From Puniceicoccales bacterium (GTDB taxonomy: Bacteria > Verrucomicrobiota > Verrucomicrobiia > Opitutales > JAIRKQ01), in the NCBI GenBank assembly GCA_031269795.1, contig JAISYR010000026.1:1-10574 (forward strand): 10,574 nt of DNA, in the 5' to 3' direction. Of the stretch, positions 1 to 7,996 are shown in pieces. Made by a program: the position numbers and the translations under genes. How positions within the stretch are numbered: the stretch's first letter is position 1; each line of letters opens with the position of its first letter. A model generated the notes under the pieces. That model saw only the letters and a program-made list of their open reading frames with translations, had not been told where the DNA came from and made no database searches.

Positions 1-487
1 TAGGGATGAGACCAACTCCAATGCCCGTTTACAATCCGATTCTGTACCTTCAGTTGCAATGACTCTAAGCGGACGACCAACCTTATCCACGGCCAGATGT
101 AGCTTCGTGTTGAGCCCCTTTTTGTACGGGCCATCGCCTGGTTGCCTCCCTTTGCTCCTGTTCCATGCTGGTGAACTTTGACGTGTGTAGAATCGATCAC
201 AATCCACTCCAGATCAGGTTCCCACACAAACCGTCGACCAATTTCTCCCACACGCTGCGATCTCTCTAGCGGCTGAATCTGCGGTGGGTGTTTTTCCAAT
301 CTCCAAAGTCCGGTGGAAGATCTCTCCACGGCGCTCCCCTCCGCAATATCCAAAACACTGCGTCTATGAACTGGCGATTATCTTTGCCATGCCTGCCAAC
401 TTTTCCCTTCGTCCCAGGTAACAGTCCCTCCATCTTATTCCACAGCTTATCTGATATGTCGTGCCTTCTATGCGCTTTTATTTCCAT
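1..487 (-). pseudogene. IS5-family DDE transposase, disrupted by one in-frame stop and two frameshifts, and truncated by the window edge
   Basis: The N-terminal ORF (487->269) reads MEIKAHRRHDISDKLWNKMEGLLPG...FIDAVFWILRRGAPWRDLPPDFGDWKNTHRRFSR, the typical IS5 N-terminal HTH region. TAG at 266-268 sits where family members have Trp (RFxRW). The frame continues as RDRSVWEKLVDGLCG, then changes at the GGG run (about 218-223) to EPDLEWIVIDSTHVKVHQHGTGAKGGNQAMARTK. It changes again at the A5G4 run (115-123) to GGLNTKLHLAVDKVGRPLRVIATEGTESDCKRALELVSSL. I translated all three frames by hand. Confidence 0.85.
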
Positions 488-546
488 TCTCTCTTCTTTG
501 CCTTTTTTCTCTCTTTGTTAACATTTCATTTGACGACACCCTCTAG
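1..546 (-). mobile_element. Partial IS5-family insertion sequence; one end lies inside the window and the rest runs off the left edge
   Basis: It contains the transposase reading frames described in the next feature. On the minus strand, 531-546 reads CTAGAGGGTGTCGTCA. This resembles the GAGGNTGTC...CAAA terminal inverted repeats I recall for IS5-family (IS427/IS1031-like) elements, and it abuts a CTAG/TA-type target. The boundary is approximate because the second copy of the repeat is not in the window. Confidence 0.6.
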
Positions 547-585
547 TGAGATTTTAGGGACTTTCCTGGGAAAAAGTATGAAACT

Positions 586-1158
586 TTACATACTTAGCAA
601 CATGTCAATTTTCTTCTCTATGCTTTTGCCATACTCCAGACCCACCCATTTGCTATTCAAATTATGAACAAACTTTACGCTTCCTTTTTTTACAACATCA
701 AACCGCGGATCAACGCATAGATTTTTTAGTGGTTTTTTGGATCCGTAAGCTTTTAAATGTTGTACGTGTGCACGAACTCCTTCTTTCATTGTAAAAAAGC
801 AAGCCCAGTACATATCATATACCATGGTACCCGAACTATTGAAATTGTTTTGTTTGATATCGATATTCCCATCGAATTTTAAAAAATTGGTCTCATGGCA
901 CATTTGTGCAAACGCCGCATCACTATTCACACCTTCGAAGGCAGATTCCCACAGGTAGCACTCTATGAGATATTTTAGTCGGAGAGAATTGATCTGTACA
1001 TTATACTGCCGCATGTACCTGAACATCATTTGTTCAGTGGCTTTGCCCTTGCCCATGATACCATACATTTCTTCCCCCGGGATATCTCCTAGGCCCCATT
1101 GCACATAGGCTAACACAATAACCACAAAAAGAATAAATAACATCAAAGGCTTTTTCAT
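586..1158 (-). CDS. Membrane-anchored or secreted glucosaminidase-family (PF01832-like) peptidoglycan hydrolase
   Basis: 190-aa ORF with an ATG start. The N-terminal hydrophobic segment MKKPLMLFILFVVIVLAYV looks like a signal peptide or anchor. The motifs AFAQMCHETNFLKF ... NNFNSSG ... FFTMKEGVRAHVQHLKAY resemble the AQxxxETGxG / NNxFGI / F.s.eegv..h..lL pattern of the FlgJ/LytD-type N-acetylglucosaminidase domain. The assignment is from memory only. Confidence 0.55.
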   Translation of the reverse strand: MKKPLMLFILFVVIVLAYVQWGLGDIPGEEMYGIMGKGKATEQMMFRYMRQYNVQINSLRLKYLIECYLWESAFEGVNSDAAFAQMCHETNFLKFDGNIDIKQNNFNSSGTMVYDMYWACFFTMKEGVRAHVQHLKAYGSKKPLKNLCVDPRFDVVKKGSVKFVHNLNSKWVGLEYGKSIEKKIDMLLSM

Positions 1159-1209
1159 CGGCAGAATAACCTAACTTTTACAAACTCTCATAGAAACTCG
1201 CAACCAACA

Positions 1210-2259
1210 CTACTCATTGTCAAACCAAATTGATAGATCCTGTAAAACTGTCCCCGTGCCATTGGCAACTGCACTGAGAGGATCGCTGGAAACGATAACC
1301 GGAAGCCCTGTCTCCTCGGACATCAAAATGTCCAAATTTTTTAACATTGCTCCCCCCCCCGCAAGCACTATGCCGCGATCGACCAAATCCGATGATAGCT
1401 CCGGAGGACATTGTTCTAAAACACCCTTGGCTGCATTTACAATAGCCACAACCGCGTCTTTCAGTGCCATTCTAATTTCACTGGAATTAATGGTAATAGT
1501 TTTCGGAAGCCCCACAACTGCATCTCGACCTTTTATTGACATCGAAAGCTCCGTATCCAATGGTGAAGCTGAACCGATCTTCATCTTCAGTTCCTCTGCG
1601 GTACGCTCACCAATTATTAAATTATATTCACGTTTGACATAGTCGATTATGTTACGGTCCATTTCGTCACCCCCAATGCGAATACTACGTGCCAAAACCA
1701 CCCCATTTAGGGACAAAACAGCAATCTCCGTTGTTCCTCCTCCGATATCCACTATCATGTTGGCAGCTGGTTCATCAATGGGCAGACCAACCCCTATCGC
1801 CGCTGCCATTGGTTCTTGAATCAATAATACGTCGCGGGCTCCCGCATGGATAGCCGCTTCTTTTACAGCCCGTTTCTCCACCTCCGTTATGCCGGATGGA
1901 ACGGCAATGATGACCCGAGGGGGAACCAATCGCACTGAACTGGACACTTTGCTAATAAAATATCGCAGCATTGCCTCCGTCACCTCGAAATCGGCAATGA
2001 CACCGTCCTTCATGGGACGTAGTGTTATGATGCTTCCCGGTGTACGCCCTAACATTTTTCGAGCTTCTAACCCAACGGCACGTACGCGCCGTGAAGTTGC
2101 ATAAATTGCGACGACACTAGGCTCCCGTAGAACGATTCCTTTGTCACGGACAAAAACTAAAGTATTTGCCGTACCAAGATCGATCCCAATATCATGGGCC
2201 CAAAGGCCAAAGAAATTGGTAAAAAAGTTTGCTATTTTACTCCGAAAACTAGACACCAT
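1210..2259 (-). CDS. mreB: Rod-shape-determining actin homologue MreB
   Basis: 349-aa ORF with the actin-fold motifs IGIDLGTANTLV, DIGGGTTEIAV and LAGGGAML, and a typical MreB length. Confidence 0.95.
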   Translation of the reverse strand: MVSSFRSKIANFFTNFFGLWAHDIGIDLGTANTLVFVRDKGIVLREPSVVAIYATSRRVRAVGLEARKMLGRTPGSIITLRPMKDGVIADFEVTEAMLRYFISKVSSSVRLVPPRVIIAVPSGITEVEKRAVKEAAIHAGARDVLLIQEPMAAAIGVGLPIDEPAANMIVDIGGGTTEIAVLSLNGVVLARSIRIGGDEMDRNIIDYVKREYNLIIGERTAEELKMKIGSASPLDTELSMSIKGRDAVVGLPKTITINSSEIRMALKDAVVAIVNAAKGVLEQCPPELSSDLVDRGIVLAGGGAMLKNLDILMSEETGLPVIVSSDPLSAVANGTGTVLQDLSIWFDNE

Positions 2260-2307
2260 TTACTATACCTTACCGAGAAAAAGAAATCAATATTAACTTG
2301 CAAGAAA

Positions 2308-2316
2308 AATATACCA
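2308..2316 (-). promoter_or_regulatory. Possible extended -10 element (TGGTATATT on the minus strand) upstream of mreB
   Basis: The reverse complement of 2308-2316 is TGGTATATT (TGn + TATATT). It lies about 50 nt upstream of the mreB ATG in the 87-bp intergenic gap. There is no convincing -35. Sequence pattern only. Confidence 0.25.
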
Positions 2317-2346
2317 TTTAACTGAATGTCCTGGTAGAATACATAC

Positions 2347-2991
2347 CTACCCAATTGCTTTTTCGGTACCTAGAACCCTTTTTACCTGTCCATTGATTAC
2401 CATTGAATTTTTGGGTAAAATGGTTCCCGGATTAATCACTGAATTGCAGGAAATTTCGGAATAATCACCGATGATTGCTCCGATTTTTTTCATACCCGTT
2501 TCCACTCGTTCCCCCTTATAATGTATGACAATATTTTTCCTATCCAGCCTCAAATTCGCCAAAATTACACCGGCTCCAAGATGTACAAAATTTCCCAGAA
2601 CAGAGTCTCCGACATAGTTAAAATGTGGCACCTGTATGTTGTGCAAAAGTACGGAATTTTTTAATTCACAGGAATTTCCAATTAGACAATTTTTGCCGAT
2701 AATTACATTTTCCCTCACATAGGCAAATGGGCGAATGTTAGTCCCTTCATCGATGTAAGCGGGGCCTTCTATGACACAAACCGGTGGTAGTTGCACCGAT
2801 TCGTGTATGAAGACATCTTTCCCGACGTAGCATCCCGGAGGGATATTTCGTTTGGTTCCCCTGGACACACCGAGCATATCCAAAATGGCAAAATTTATCT
2901 TCCTTAGCCAGAGGACAGGATCCTCATCCAACCCAAAATGTTCGACAAACTTTCCCGATTCACCTACTTCAAAAAACTCCCGTGCTATCAT
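2347..2991 (-). CDS. Hexapeptide-repeat (left-handed beta-helix) transferase-like protein, resembling the GlmU C-terminal domain or a sugar-nucleotidyltransferase tail
   Basis: 214-aa ORF. It has repeated [LIV]-G-x-x-x-x hexads ([64 protein letters not shown]). Its ATG overlaps the dnaJ stop codon (ATGA at 2988-2991). No N-terminal nucleotidyltransferase domain is present. Confidence 0.6.
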   Translation of the reverse strand: MIAREFFEVGESGKFVEHFGLDEDPVLWLRKINFAILDMLGVSRGTKRNIPPGCYVGKDVFIHESVQLPPVCVIEGPAYIDEGTNIRPFAYVRENVIIGKNCLIGNSCELKNSVLLHNIQVPHFNYVGDSVLGNFVHLGAGVILANLRLDRKNIVIHYKGERVETGMKKIGAIIGDYSEISCNSVINPGTILPKNSMVINGQVKRVLGTEKAIG

Positions 2992-4118
2992 AGTGATTCA
3001 AACTTTTCTTTAAACCTTTGAAAAAAACCACTGCTTTTTATGTTACATAACTTTCCGAATTCTTGCAATTTTTCCTTCTGTTCTCGGGATAATTTTGTAG
3101 GGACGTCAATGGTAATTTTTACGTATTGGTTACCTCGATCCCCTGGACGATTTAGATCTGGCATGCCATGTCCCCTAATGCGAAACATTGTTTCCGATTG
3201 CGTTCCGGCTGGAATTTTGAGATTTGCCTGACCATCGATGGTTTCGACCTCTATTTCTCCACCAAGAACTGCTATGGTAAATGGAATTTTCTGGGTACAG
3301 TATAGGTCGCTCTCATGGCGTTCGAAACGTTTATTTTCTATGACATAGATTGCTACGTATAGATCGCCATTGGGCCCACCGTTTGCTCCCGCTTCCCCCA
3401 TACTTTTCATCCGTAAATTGGCCCCATCAAATATCCCCGCGGGGATTTTAACTTTCGTTGTACATGATTCCATTACTCGACCGGTTCCTCTGCAATTGTG
3501 GCACGGGGTTTCAATCTTCGTCCCGACACCATGGCAGTCGGGACAAGTTTGCTGCATGCTAAAAAAACCCTGGCGCATGGAAAACACACCTGTTCCTCCA
3601 CAGGTCTTGCAGATGACTTTTTTCGATCCAGGGGCAGCCCCACTGCCGCTACACTTGGCACATGTTATATGTTTACTATATTTTATGGTTTTTTCTGTGC
3701 CATAAAAAGCCTCCTCAAGCGTTATTTTTAAATTATAACGTAAATCGCTCCCCGCCTGTCTCCTTGATTCATTGGAAGAACCACGGCGACCAAACCCAAA
3801 CAAATCATCGAAGCCACTTCCCCCAAACACATCGCGAAATACATCGAAGGGGTCATGTACCCCCGATCCCCATCCGGCCTGTGCCCTTCCGTGTTCAAAA
3901 GCACCATGTCCATATCTATCATAGGCAGCTCGTTTGTCACCATCTCCCAGAACCTCATATGCTTCGGCAACTTCTTTAAACTTTTCCTCGGCGACCTTAT
4001 CCCCTGGATTCTTATCCGGGTGATATTTCACCGCCATCCTACGATAGGCCCTCTTAATATCTTCCTCGGAAGCATTTTTTGACACTCCAAGGACATCGTA
4101 ATAGTCAGCTTTTCCCAT
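2988..4118 (-). CDS. dnaJ: Molecular chaperone DnaJ (Hsp40, type I)
   Basis: 376 aa. It has a J-domain with HPD (YHPDKNPGD), a G/F-rich linker ([12 protein letters not shown]), and four CxxCxGxG zinc-finger repeats ([32 protein letters not shown]). Confidence 0.95.
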   Translation of the reverse strand: MGKADYYDVLGVSKNASEEDIKRAYRRMAVKYHPDKNPGDKVAEEKFKEVAEAYEVLGDGDKRAAYDRYGHGAFEHGRAQAGWGSGVHDPFDVFRDVFGGSGFDDLFGFGRRGSSNESRRQAGSDLRYNLKITLEEAFYGTEKTIKYSKHITCAKCSGSGAAPGSKKVICKTCGGTGVFSMRQGFFSMQQTCPDCHGVGTKIETPCHNCRGTGRVMESCTTKVKIPAGIFDGANLRMKSMGEAGANGGPNGDLYVAIYVIENKRFERHESDLYCTQKIPFTIAVLGGEIEVETIDGQANLKIPAGTQSETMFRIRGHGMPDLNRPGDRGNQYVKITIDVPTKLSREQKEKLQEFGKLCNIKSSGFFQRFKEKFESL

Positions 4119-4120
4119 TT

Positions 4121-4738
4121 TTACTTTGATTCTTTACTTTGCTCTTCACGATATGAAACCGTTACTACGGCCGGGCGAAGTAGCCTATCATTGAGTTTAT
4201 AACCCTTTCTGTCAACGGAAATAACGGTATCATTTTCTTTCCCATTATCCACCACCCGCCGTACGCATTCGTGGAAGTGCATGTCAAATTTTTCATTCAA
4301 TGGGAAAATTTCCTGGACACCATGGGCAGCCAGTAAACTTTTAAAGCTCGCAAAAATCATTTTAAATCCATCGACGATTTTATCACTTCCGTGCTGGTCA
4401 GCGGCAGCCAGTCCGAGTTCGAAGTTATCCAAAATGGGCAATAAACTTTCCAAAATGCCCGCGATGGCATTGTTCCGTACCTCAAAAAAATCCTTCTGGG
4501 TCCGTTTTTTATAATTTTCAAAATCAGCCAACGCCCGTAACATAGAATCTTTGTAATTATCCGCTTCCTTTTGCTTGTCTGCCAGTTGATTTTTTAAATC
4601 TTGCACAGCATCGTCCAACTTTCTGTCCGGATCCCCAACGTTTGTCTTTTGTTTTCCGACATTTTGGGTACCGTCCTCTTCCCCAGGATGATTACTTGGC
4701 TGTTCATGTCCTCTTTCCGACGAAGATTTTTTTGCCAT
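4121..4738 (-). CDS. grpE: Nucleotide exchange factor GrpE
   Basis: It carries the GrpE signature [13 protein letters not shown] and a C-terminal beta-domain ([20 protein letters not shown]). I prefer the start MAKKSSSE at 4738 over the track's 4786. The extra 16 residues (MVDGVWYGIIFASHVC) are hydrophobic and atypical for GrpE, and they overlap a -10-like element. The stop lies 2 bp before the dnaJ ATG. Confidence 0.88.
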   Translation of the reverse strand: MAKKSSSERGHEQPSNHPGEEDGTQNVGKQKTNVGDPDRKLDDAVQDLKNQLADKQKEADNYKDSMLRALADFENYKKRTQKDFFEVRNNAIAGILESLLPILDNFELGLAAADQHGSDKIVDGFKMIFASFKSLLAAHGVQEIFPLNEKFDMHFHECVRRVVDNGKENDTVISVDRKGYKLNDRLLRPAVVTVSYREEQSKESK

Positions 4739-4757
4739 GCAAACATGGCTAGCAAAA

Positions 4758-4766
4758 ATTATGCCA
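4758..4766 (-). promoter_or_regulatory. Possible extended -10 (TGGCATAAT on the minus strand) for grpE-dnaJ
   Basis: The reverse complement of 4758-4766 is TGGCATAAT, 20 nt upstream of the ATG at 4738. No CIRCE or clear sigma-32 motif was seen in 4739-4852. Pattern only. Confidence 0.25.
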
Positions 4767-4852
4767 TACCATACGCCATCAACCATCTAAAAGGCACCAT
4801 AGGCAAAACAAAAATTTACTCTGTGCTTGGTTAAAGGTCTACCATGTACGCA

Positions 4853-5806
4853 CTATATAATGCGTAGGGCATGGGCCATAACATCTTCAACGCCAATGGA
4901 GGATAATTTTTTGTCCCTAGCTTGAAGTACCACATTGCGTTCCGAATCAATGGGATAGGGAGCAAACCTTTTGGGATCCGTCGATCCGAACAGTGCAATG
5001 ACGGGAGTCGATAATGCTGCTGCCAAATGTATGGGGGCACTGTCATTGGCAATCACCAGCGTAGAATTCTGTACCAAATAGATGAGATCATCCATCGACG
5101 TTCGCGCAGATAGGTTATAGACATTTAACAACGTAGATGGCACATTAATCCATCGCTGTGCTAGAACAACAATTCGCATGGTGGGCAATTTTTCTCCCAA
5201 TGCCTCTGCCAACGAATTAAAATATGGCCATTCCTTTTTTTTCCGCCTGCTTTCTGGAAATAGCAAAATCAGTTTGCATTTCTCATGCCTATCGTTGAAA
5301 AAAATGTCCTTTGCCATGCTGCTTGGGGATGTTAAAAATTTTAATTCCCCTTGTAGTTTCGCTTCTAGGCCTAGTTCTGGCAAAAATTGCAACAAAATAT
5401 CTATGGCATGTCGTTTCTCCACCTGGGGAAGTGGAATTTTTCTATTGTATGCCATCCACGAAAACTCCCTGGCATCCGATCGGCCAACTTTTCTGTCAGA
5501 GCATGAAAAATATGTTATTATGCCACTGCGTGCTAGACCTTGCATGTCGAAAACATAGTCATAATGCTGTTTTCTAATCTTCGACATGAGATTGATAAAT
5601 TTTTGAAGACCCTGACCCCGGTAAAATACGAAAATTTTATCGACCAATCTGGAAGATTTCACCACATCAATGAAACAGTCTCGCACCACCCAATCGATTG
5701 ATATATTTGACAGGCACTTTTTTATGGTCGCAGCTATTTGTAACCCATGGATGATATCACCCAGGCTGGACGGTTTTACTATCAGAATGTTTATCTGCTG
5801 CGACAT
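4853..5806 (-). CDS. Glycosyltransferase family 9 (ADP-heptose:LPS heptosyltransferase-like)
   Basis: 317 aa. The N-terminus ILIVKPSSLGDIIHGLQIA and the C-terminal motif VIANDSAPIHLAAALSTPVIALFGSTDP are typical of the GT9 RfaC/RfaF family. Which heptosyltransferase it is cannot be told from sequence alone. Confidence 0.85.
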   Translation of the reverse strand: MSQQINILIVKPSSLGDIIHGLQIAATIKKCLSNISIDWVVRDCFIDVVKSSRLVDKIFVFYRGQGLQKFINLMSKIRKQHYDYVFDMQGLARSGIITYFSCSDRKVGRSDAREFSWMAYNRKIPLPQVEKRHAIDILLQFLPELGLEAKLQGELKFLTSPSSMAKDIFFNDRHEKCKLILLFPESRRKKKEWPYFNSLAEALGEKLPTMRIVVLAQRWINVPSTLLNVYNLSARTSMDDLIYLVQNSTLVIANDSAPIHLAAALSTPVIALFGSTDPKRFAPYPIDSERNVVLQARDKKLSSIGVEDVMAHALRII

Positions 5807-5814
5807 GGATCACT

Positions 5815-6801
5815 CTATTCCGACTTTAATGAGCGATTAAGCAGACCTTCTATGCACTTTTGGAGGGGTACGTTTAGGTATAGGGCAGAATAAATTGCTG
5901 ATATTATCGGGGCATTTATGTTCTTTTTTTCGCAAATGAGATGGAAGGCTTTTACGGTTTTATATCCTTCAACGACAGCCTTTTGGGTCGCAAAAATTTC
6001 ATCCACGGTCTCTCCCTTTCCTAACCTTTCACCAAATGTACGATTTCTACTCCATTCTCCCATACACGTGGCAATGAAATCGCCAAATCCACTCAAGCCA
6101 TAAAAAGTTTCCGTTTGTCCTCCAAGGGCGGTACCGATTGTCACCAATTCTTTCAATGCTCTGGTTAAATAGGCAGCCTTAGCATTGTCACCAAACCCTA
6201 GGCCATCGCAGATACCTGCCCCAATCGCATATACATTTTTTAGGCATCCCCCCAATTCGGCTCCTTTTACATCTCTACCGCTATAAATTCGTACCCGTTC
6301 AGAACTTAATGCTTTTTGTACCTCGTAGATATTTTTCGAGTTCGTGGCTAAAACCATGGCAGCATGTTTTCCTTCCGCTACTTCCTTCGCATTTGTTGGA
6401 CCAGCAAGCACACCATACTCGAAATTCGGCAACATTCTCTCAATTAAATCGGAAGCCGTTTCCGAATTTTCATTCTGTATACCTTTGCACAGCGAAACAA
6501 GCAGAGGAAGCTTTTTTACACCTTCCGATGCCCGGCCCAAGCTCAGACAGAGATCTTCCATTCCCACCGCTGGGCATGCTAAAAATGCCAATTCCGAATT
6601 TTGCACATTGATAGCCGTGGTTATGTTTATGCCATCTGGAAATTTGATCCCGGGAAGAAAGTCAACGTTCTCTCGGAATTTTGCCATCTTATTTGCCTGT
6701 TCCTCAAACTTAGGAATCAAAATAACGTCATGGCCGATTGCTCTACAGTAGCAAGCCATGGCTGTTCCCCAGGCTCCAGCACCAAATATTGAAATCTTCA
6801 T
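5815..6801 (-). CDS. gpsA: NAD(P)H-dependent glycerol-3-phosphate dehydrogenase
   Basis: 328 aa. It has a Rossmann motif KISIFGAGAWGTAMA and the GpsA motifs GCLKNVYAIGAGICDGLGFGDNAKAA and SRNRTFGERLGKG. Confidence 0.93.
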   Translation of the reverse strand: MKISIFGAGAWGTAMACYCRAIGHDVILIPKFEEQANKMAKFRENVDFLPGIKFPDGINITTAINVQNSELAFLACPAVGMEDLCLSLGRASEGVKKLPLLVSLCKGIQNENSETASDLIERMLPNFEYGVLAGPTNAKEVAEGKHAAMVLATNSKNIYEVQKALSSERVRIYSGRDVKGAELGGCLKNVYAIGAGICDGLGFGDNAKAAYLTRALKELVTIGTALGGQTETFYGLSGFGDFIATCMGEWSRNRTFGERLGKGETVDEIFATQKAVVEGYKTVKAFHLICEKKNINAPIISAIYSALYLNVPLQKCIEGLLNRSLKSE

Positions 6802-6809
6802 ACTAACAT

Positions 6810-7583
6810 TTATTTAATTTCTATTCCACCACGTCCAGGCTGAGGATATAGTTGCTCCCCATTTGCCTGCTTAATTAGTAAAAACTCACCATTGTCGTAG
6901 AAAACTTGGACGGGCCCCGAATGGGCTATTTTTTTCACCTCACCCGATTCCAAGCTCCCCGCAAAAATCTTCTCTCCGGATGCTTTGGAACGCACGACAA
7001 CTTTCACATTCCCCGTTGGAATCAATGATAGCACAGATTGATTTGCTATGTCCAGTACTTTATCAGCTCGCTTGGATTGAATTTTGGCATATTCTGTTTT
7101 AGGGAAGAATGCTTTGGAAAAAACTACAAATAGCAAGATAACGACCACCAAGCCGGATACTATCTTTACAAAATGCCTGTGTTGAACAATGGTTTTAATT
7201 TTTTCCATAAGCCGTTTAAATTTTTTTGAAAAGGGAATTGTATCGTTTATTCCCAAATCCGACCCGTCTTCCCGCTCTTTTTCATTGGAAATTAGTGTAT
7301 TGTAGGCAACCTTTTTAACACATCTGGAATGTAAAACTTCAAATTCCTCTATGGGACAACTTGCCATGACAGCATCGACGTCCAATTTCAAATACCTAGC
7401 GTAAATTTTGATAAATCCACGCAGATAAATATCGGGCAAATTAAAATCGTACTCTCCACTTTCTATGCCAGCAAGATATTCCAATTTGATCCTCGTTTCT
7501 TCGGAAGCCTTTGCCAATGTAACTCCCCGCACATCCCTAGCCTCGATAAACTGTTGCCCAAATTCCTTAGTCATGGATTTCAC
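6810..7583 (-). CDS. rodZ: RodZ-like cytoskeleton protein (N-terminal HTH, single TM segment, C-terminal DUF4115-like domain)
   Basis: 257 aa. The HTH region is FGQQFIEARDVRGVTLAKASEETRIKLEYLAGIESGEY, followed by LPDIYLRGFIKIYARYLKLD. The TM segment is IVSGLVVVILLFVVF. The C-terminal beta-rich domain reads VKVVVRSKASGEKIFAGSLESGEVKKI. The track's start at 7583 is GTG; an in-frame ATG at 7574 (MTKEF...) is an equally plausible start. Confidence 0.65.
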   Translation of the reverse strand: MKSMTKEFGQQFIEARDVRGVTLAKASEETRIKLEYLAGIESGEYDFNLPDIYLRGFIKIYARYLKLDVDAVMASCPIEEFEVLHSRCVKKVAYNTLISNEKEREDGSDLGINDTIPFSKKFKRLMEKIKTIVQHRHFVKIVSGLVVVILLFVVFSKAFFPKTEYAKIQSKRADKVLDIANQSVLSLIPTGNVKVVVRSKASGEKIFAGSLESGEVKKIAHSGPVQVFYDNGEFLLIKQANGEQLYPQPGRGGIEIK

Positions 7584-7759
7584 AATACCCCTATGAAAAA
7601 TTTTTTCAACGGCAATCTAAAGTTTTTTGATTGGTTAAAATATGGAAAGCCTTCCCGGGGGATTCATAATAATGACAAAAATTTCTACAAAAAATTTTTT
7701 CCGGGTAGATAAAGTTAGGATTGTTTTACGACGATCTCTTCACTAAAAGTTTCTACGTA

Positions 7760-7768
7760 TTGTCCACA
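7760..7768 (+). promoter_or_regulatory. DnaA-box-like 9-mer TTGTCCACA
   Basis: One mismatch to the TTATNCACA consensus. It forms a converging pair with the box at 7775-7783, 6 bp away. Confidence 0.5.
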
Positions 7769-7774
7769 TTGTAA

Positions 7775-7783
7775 TGTGAATAA
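7775..7783 (-). promoter_or_regulatory. DnaA box TTATTCACA (minus strand)
   Basis: The plus strand reads TGTGAATAA. Its reverse complement matches TTATNCACA exactly. Confidence 0.55.
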
Positions 7784-7996
7784 CTTGTTAATTTCTTCTT
7801 CTTGATTTTCTTTCGTTCAAGCGAATCATAGCAATGATGTTTAAATTTTGTTGGGAATTGGTTCACGGACTTTACCGATTAGGTCGGCATAAACAAAAGG
7901 GTTTAACCCTAAGCCTAGACAAAAATATGTCAAAAATTAATTTTGCTTTTCTCAAAAAAAGTTTTAGCACGGGGCTAAAATTTATGCTCATAATTC

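Noticed and set aside
115-123. Programmed -1 ribosomal frameshift in the IS5 transposase at the A5G4 run
   Set aside because: It cannot be excluded, but the heptamer is not a canonical X XXY YYZ slippery site. The same gene also carries an in-frame TAG and a second frame change, so decay is the simpler reading.
288-667. Plus-strand ORFs 288-521 and 461-667
   Set aside because: They lie antisense to the IS5 transposase N-terminus and to the IS end and the 3' end of the hydrolase gene. They are low-complexity (Ser/Leu/Phe-rich) shadow frames.
4739-4786. The 16-codon N-terminal extension of grpE given in the track (start at 4786)
   Set aside because: The extension (MVDGVWYGIIFASHVC) is hydrophobic and unlike GrpE N-termini. 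The internal ATG at 4738 gives a normal, roughly 205-aa GrpE, and the extension overlaps a -10-like TGGCATAAT. It is kept only as an alternative start.
1217-6792. Plus-strand and nested minus-strand ORFs inside mreB, dnaJ, grpE, the GT9 gene and gpsA (for example 1217-1642, 3370-3705, 3662-3979, 5178-5558, 6344-6751, 4831-5052)
   Set aside because: Each lies wholly within, or opposite, a strongly supported conserved gene and shows no motifs. These are typical antisense or alternative-frame shadows.
7642-7746. 34-aa + strand mini-ORF (MESLPGGFIIMTKISTKNFFRVDKVRIVLRRSLH) in the dnaA upstream gap
   Set aside because: There is no ribosome-binding site or recognisable motif, it spans the A6T6 palindrome, and a frame of this length arises easily by chance.
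7961-7981. CIRCE (HrcA operator) interpretation of TTAGCAC-GGG-GCTAA
   Set aside because: CIRCE needs 9-bp arms separated by 9 bp. Here the arms are 5-7 bp with a 5-nt loop, and the site is upstream of dnaA rather than a chaperone gene.
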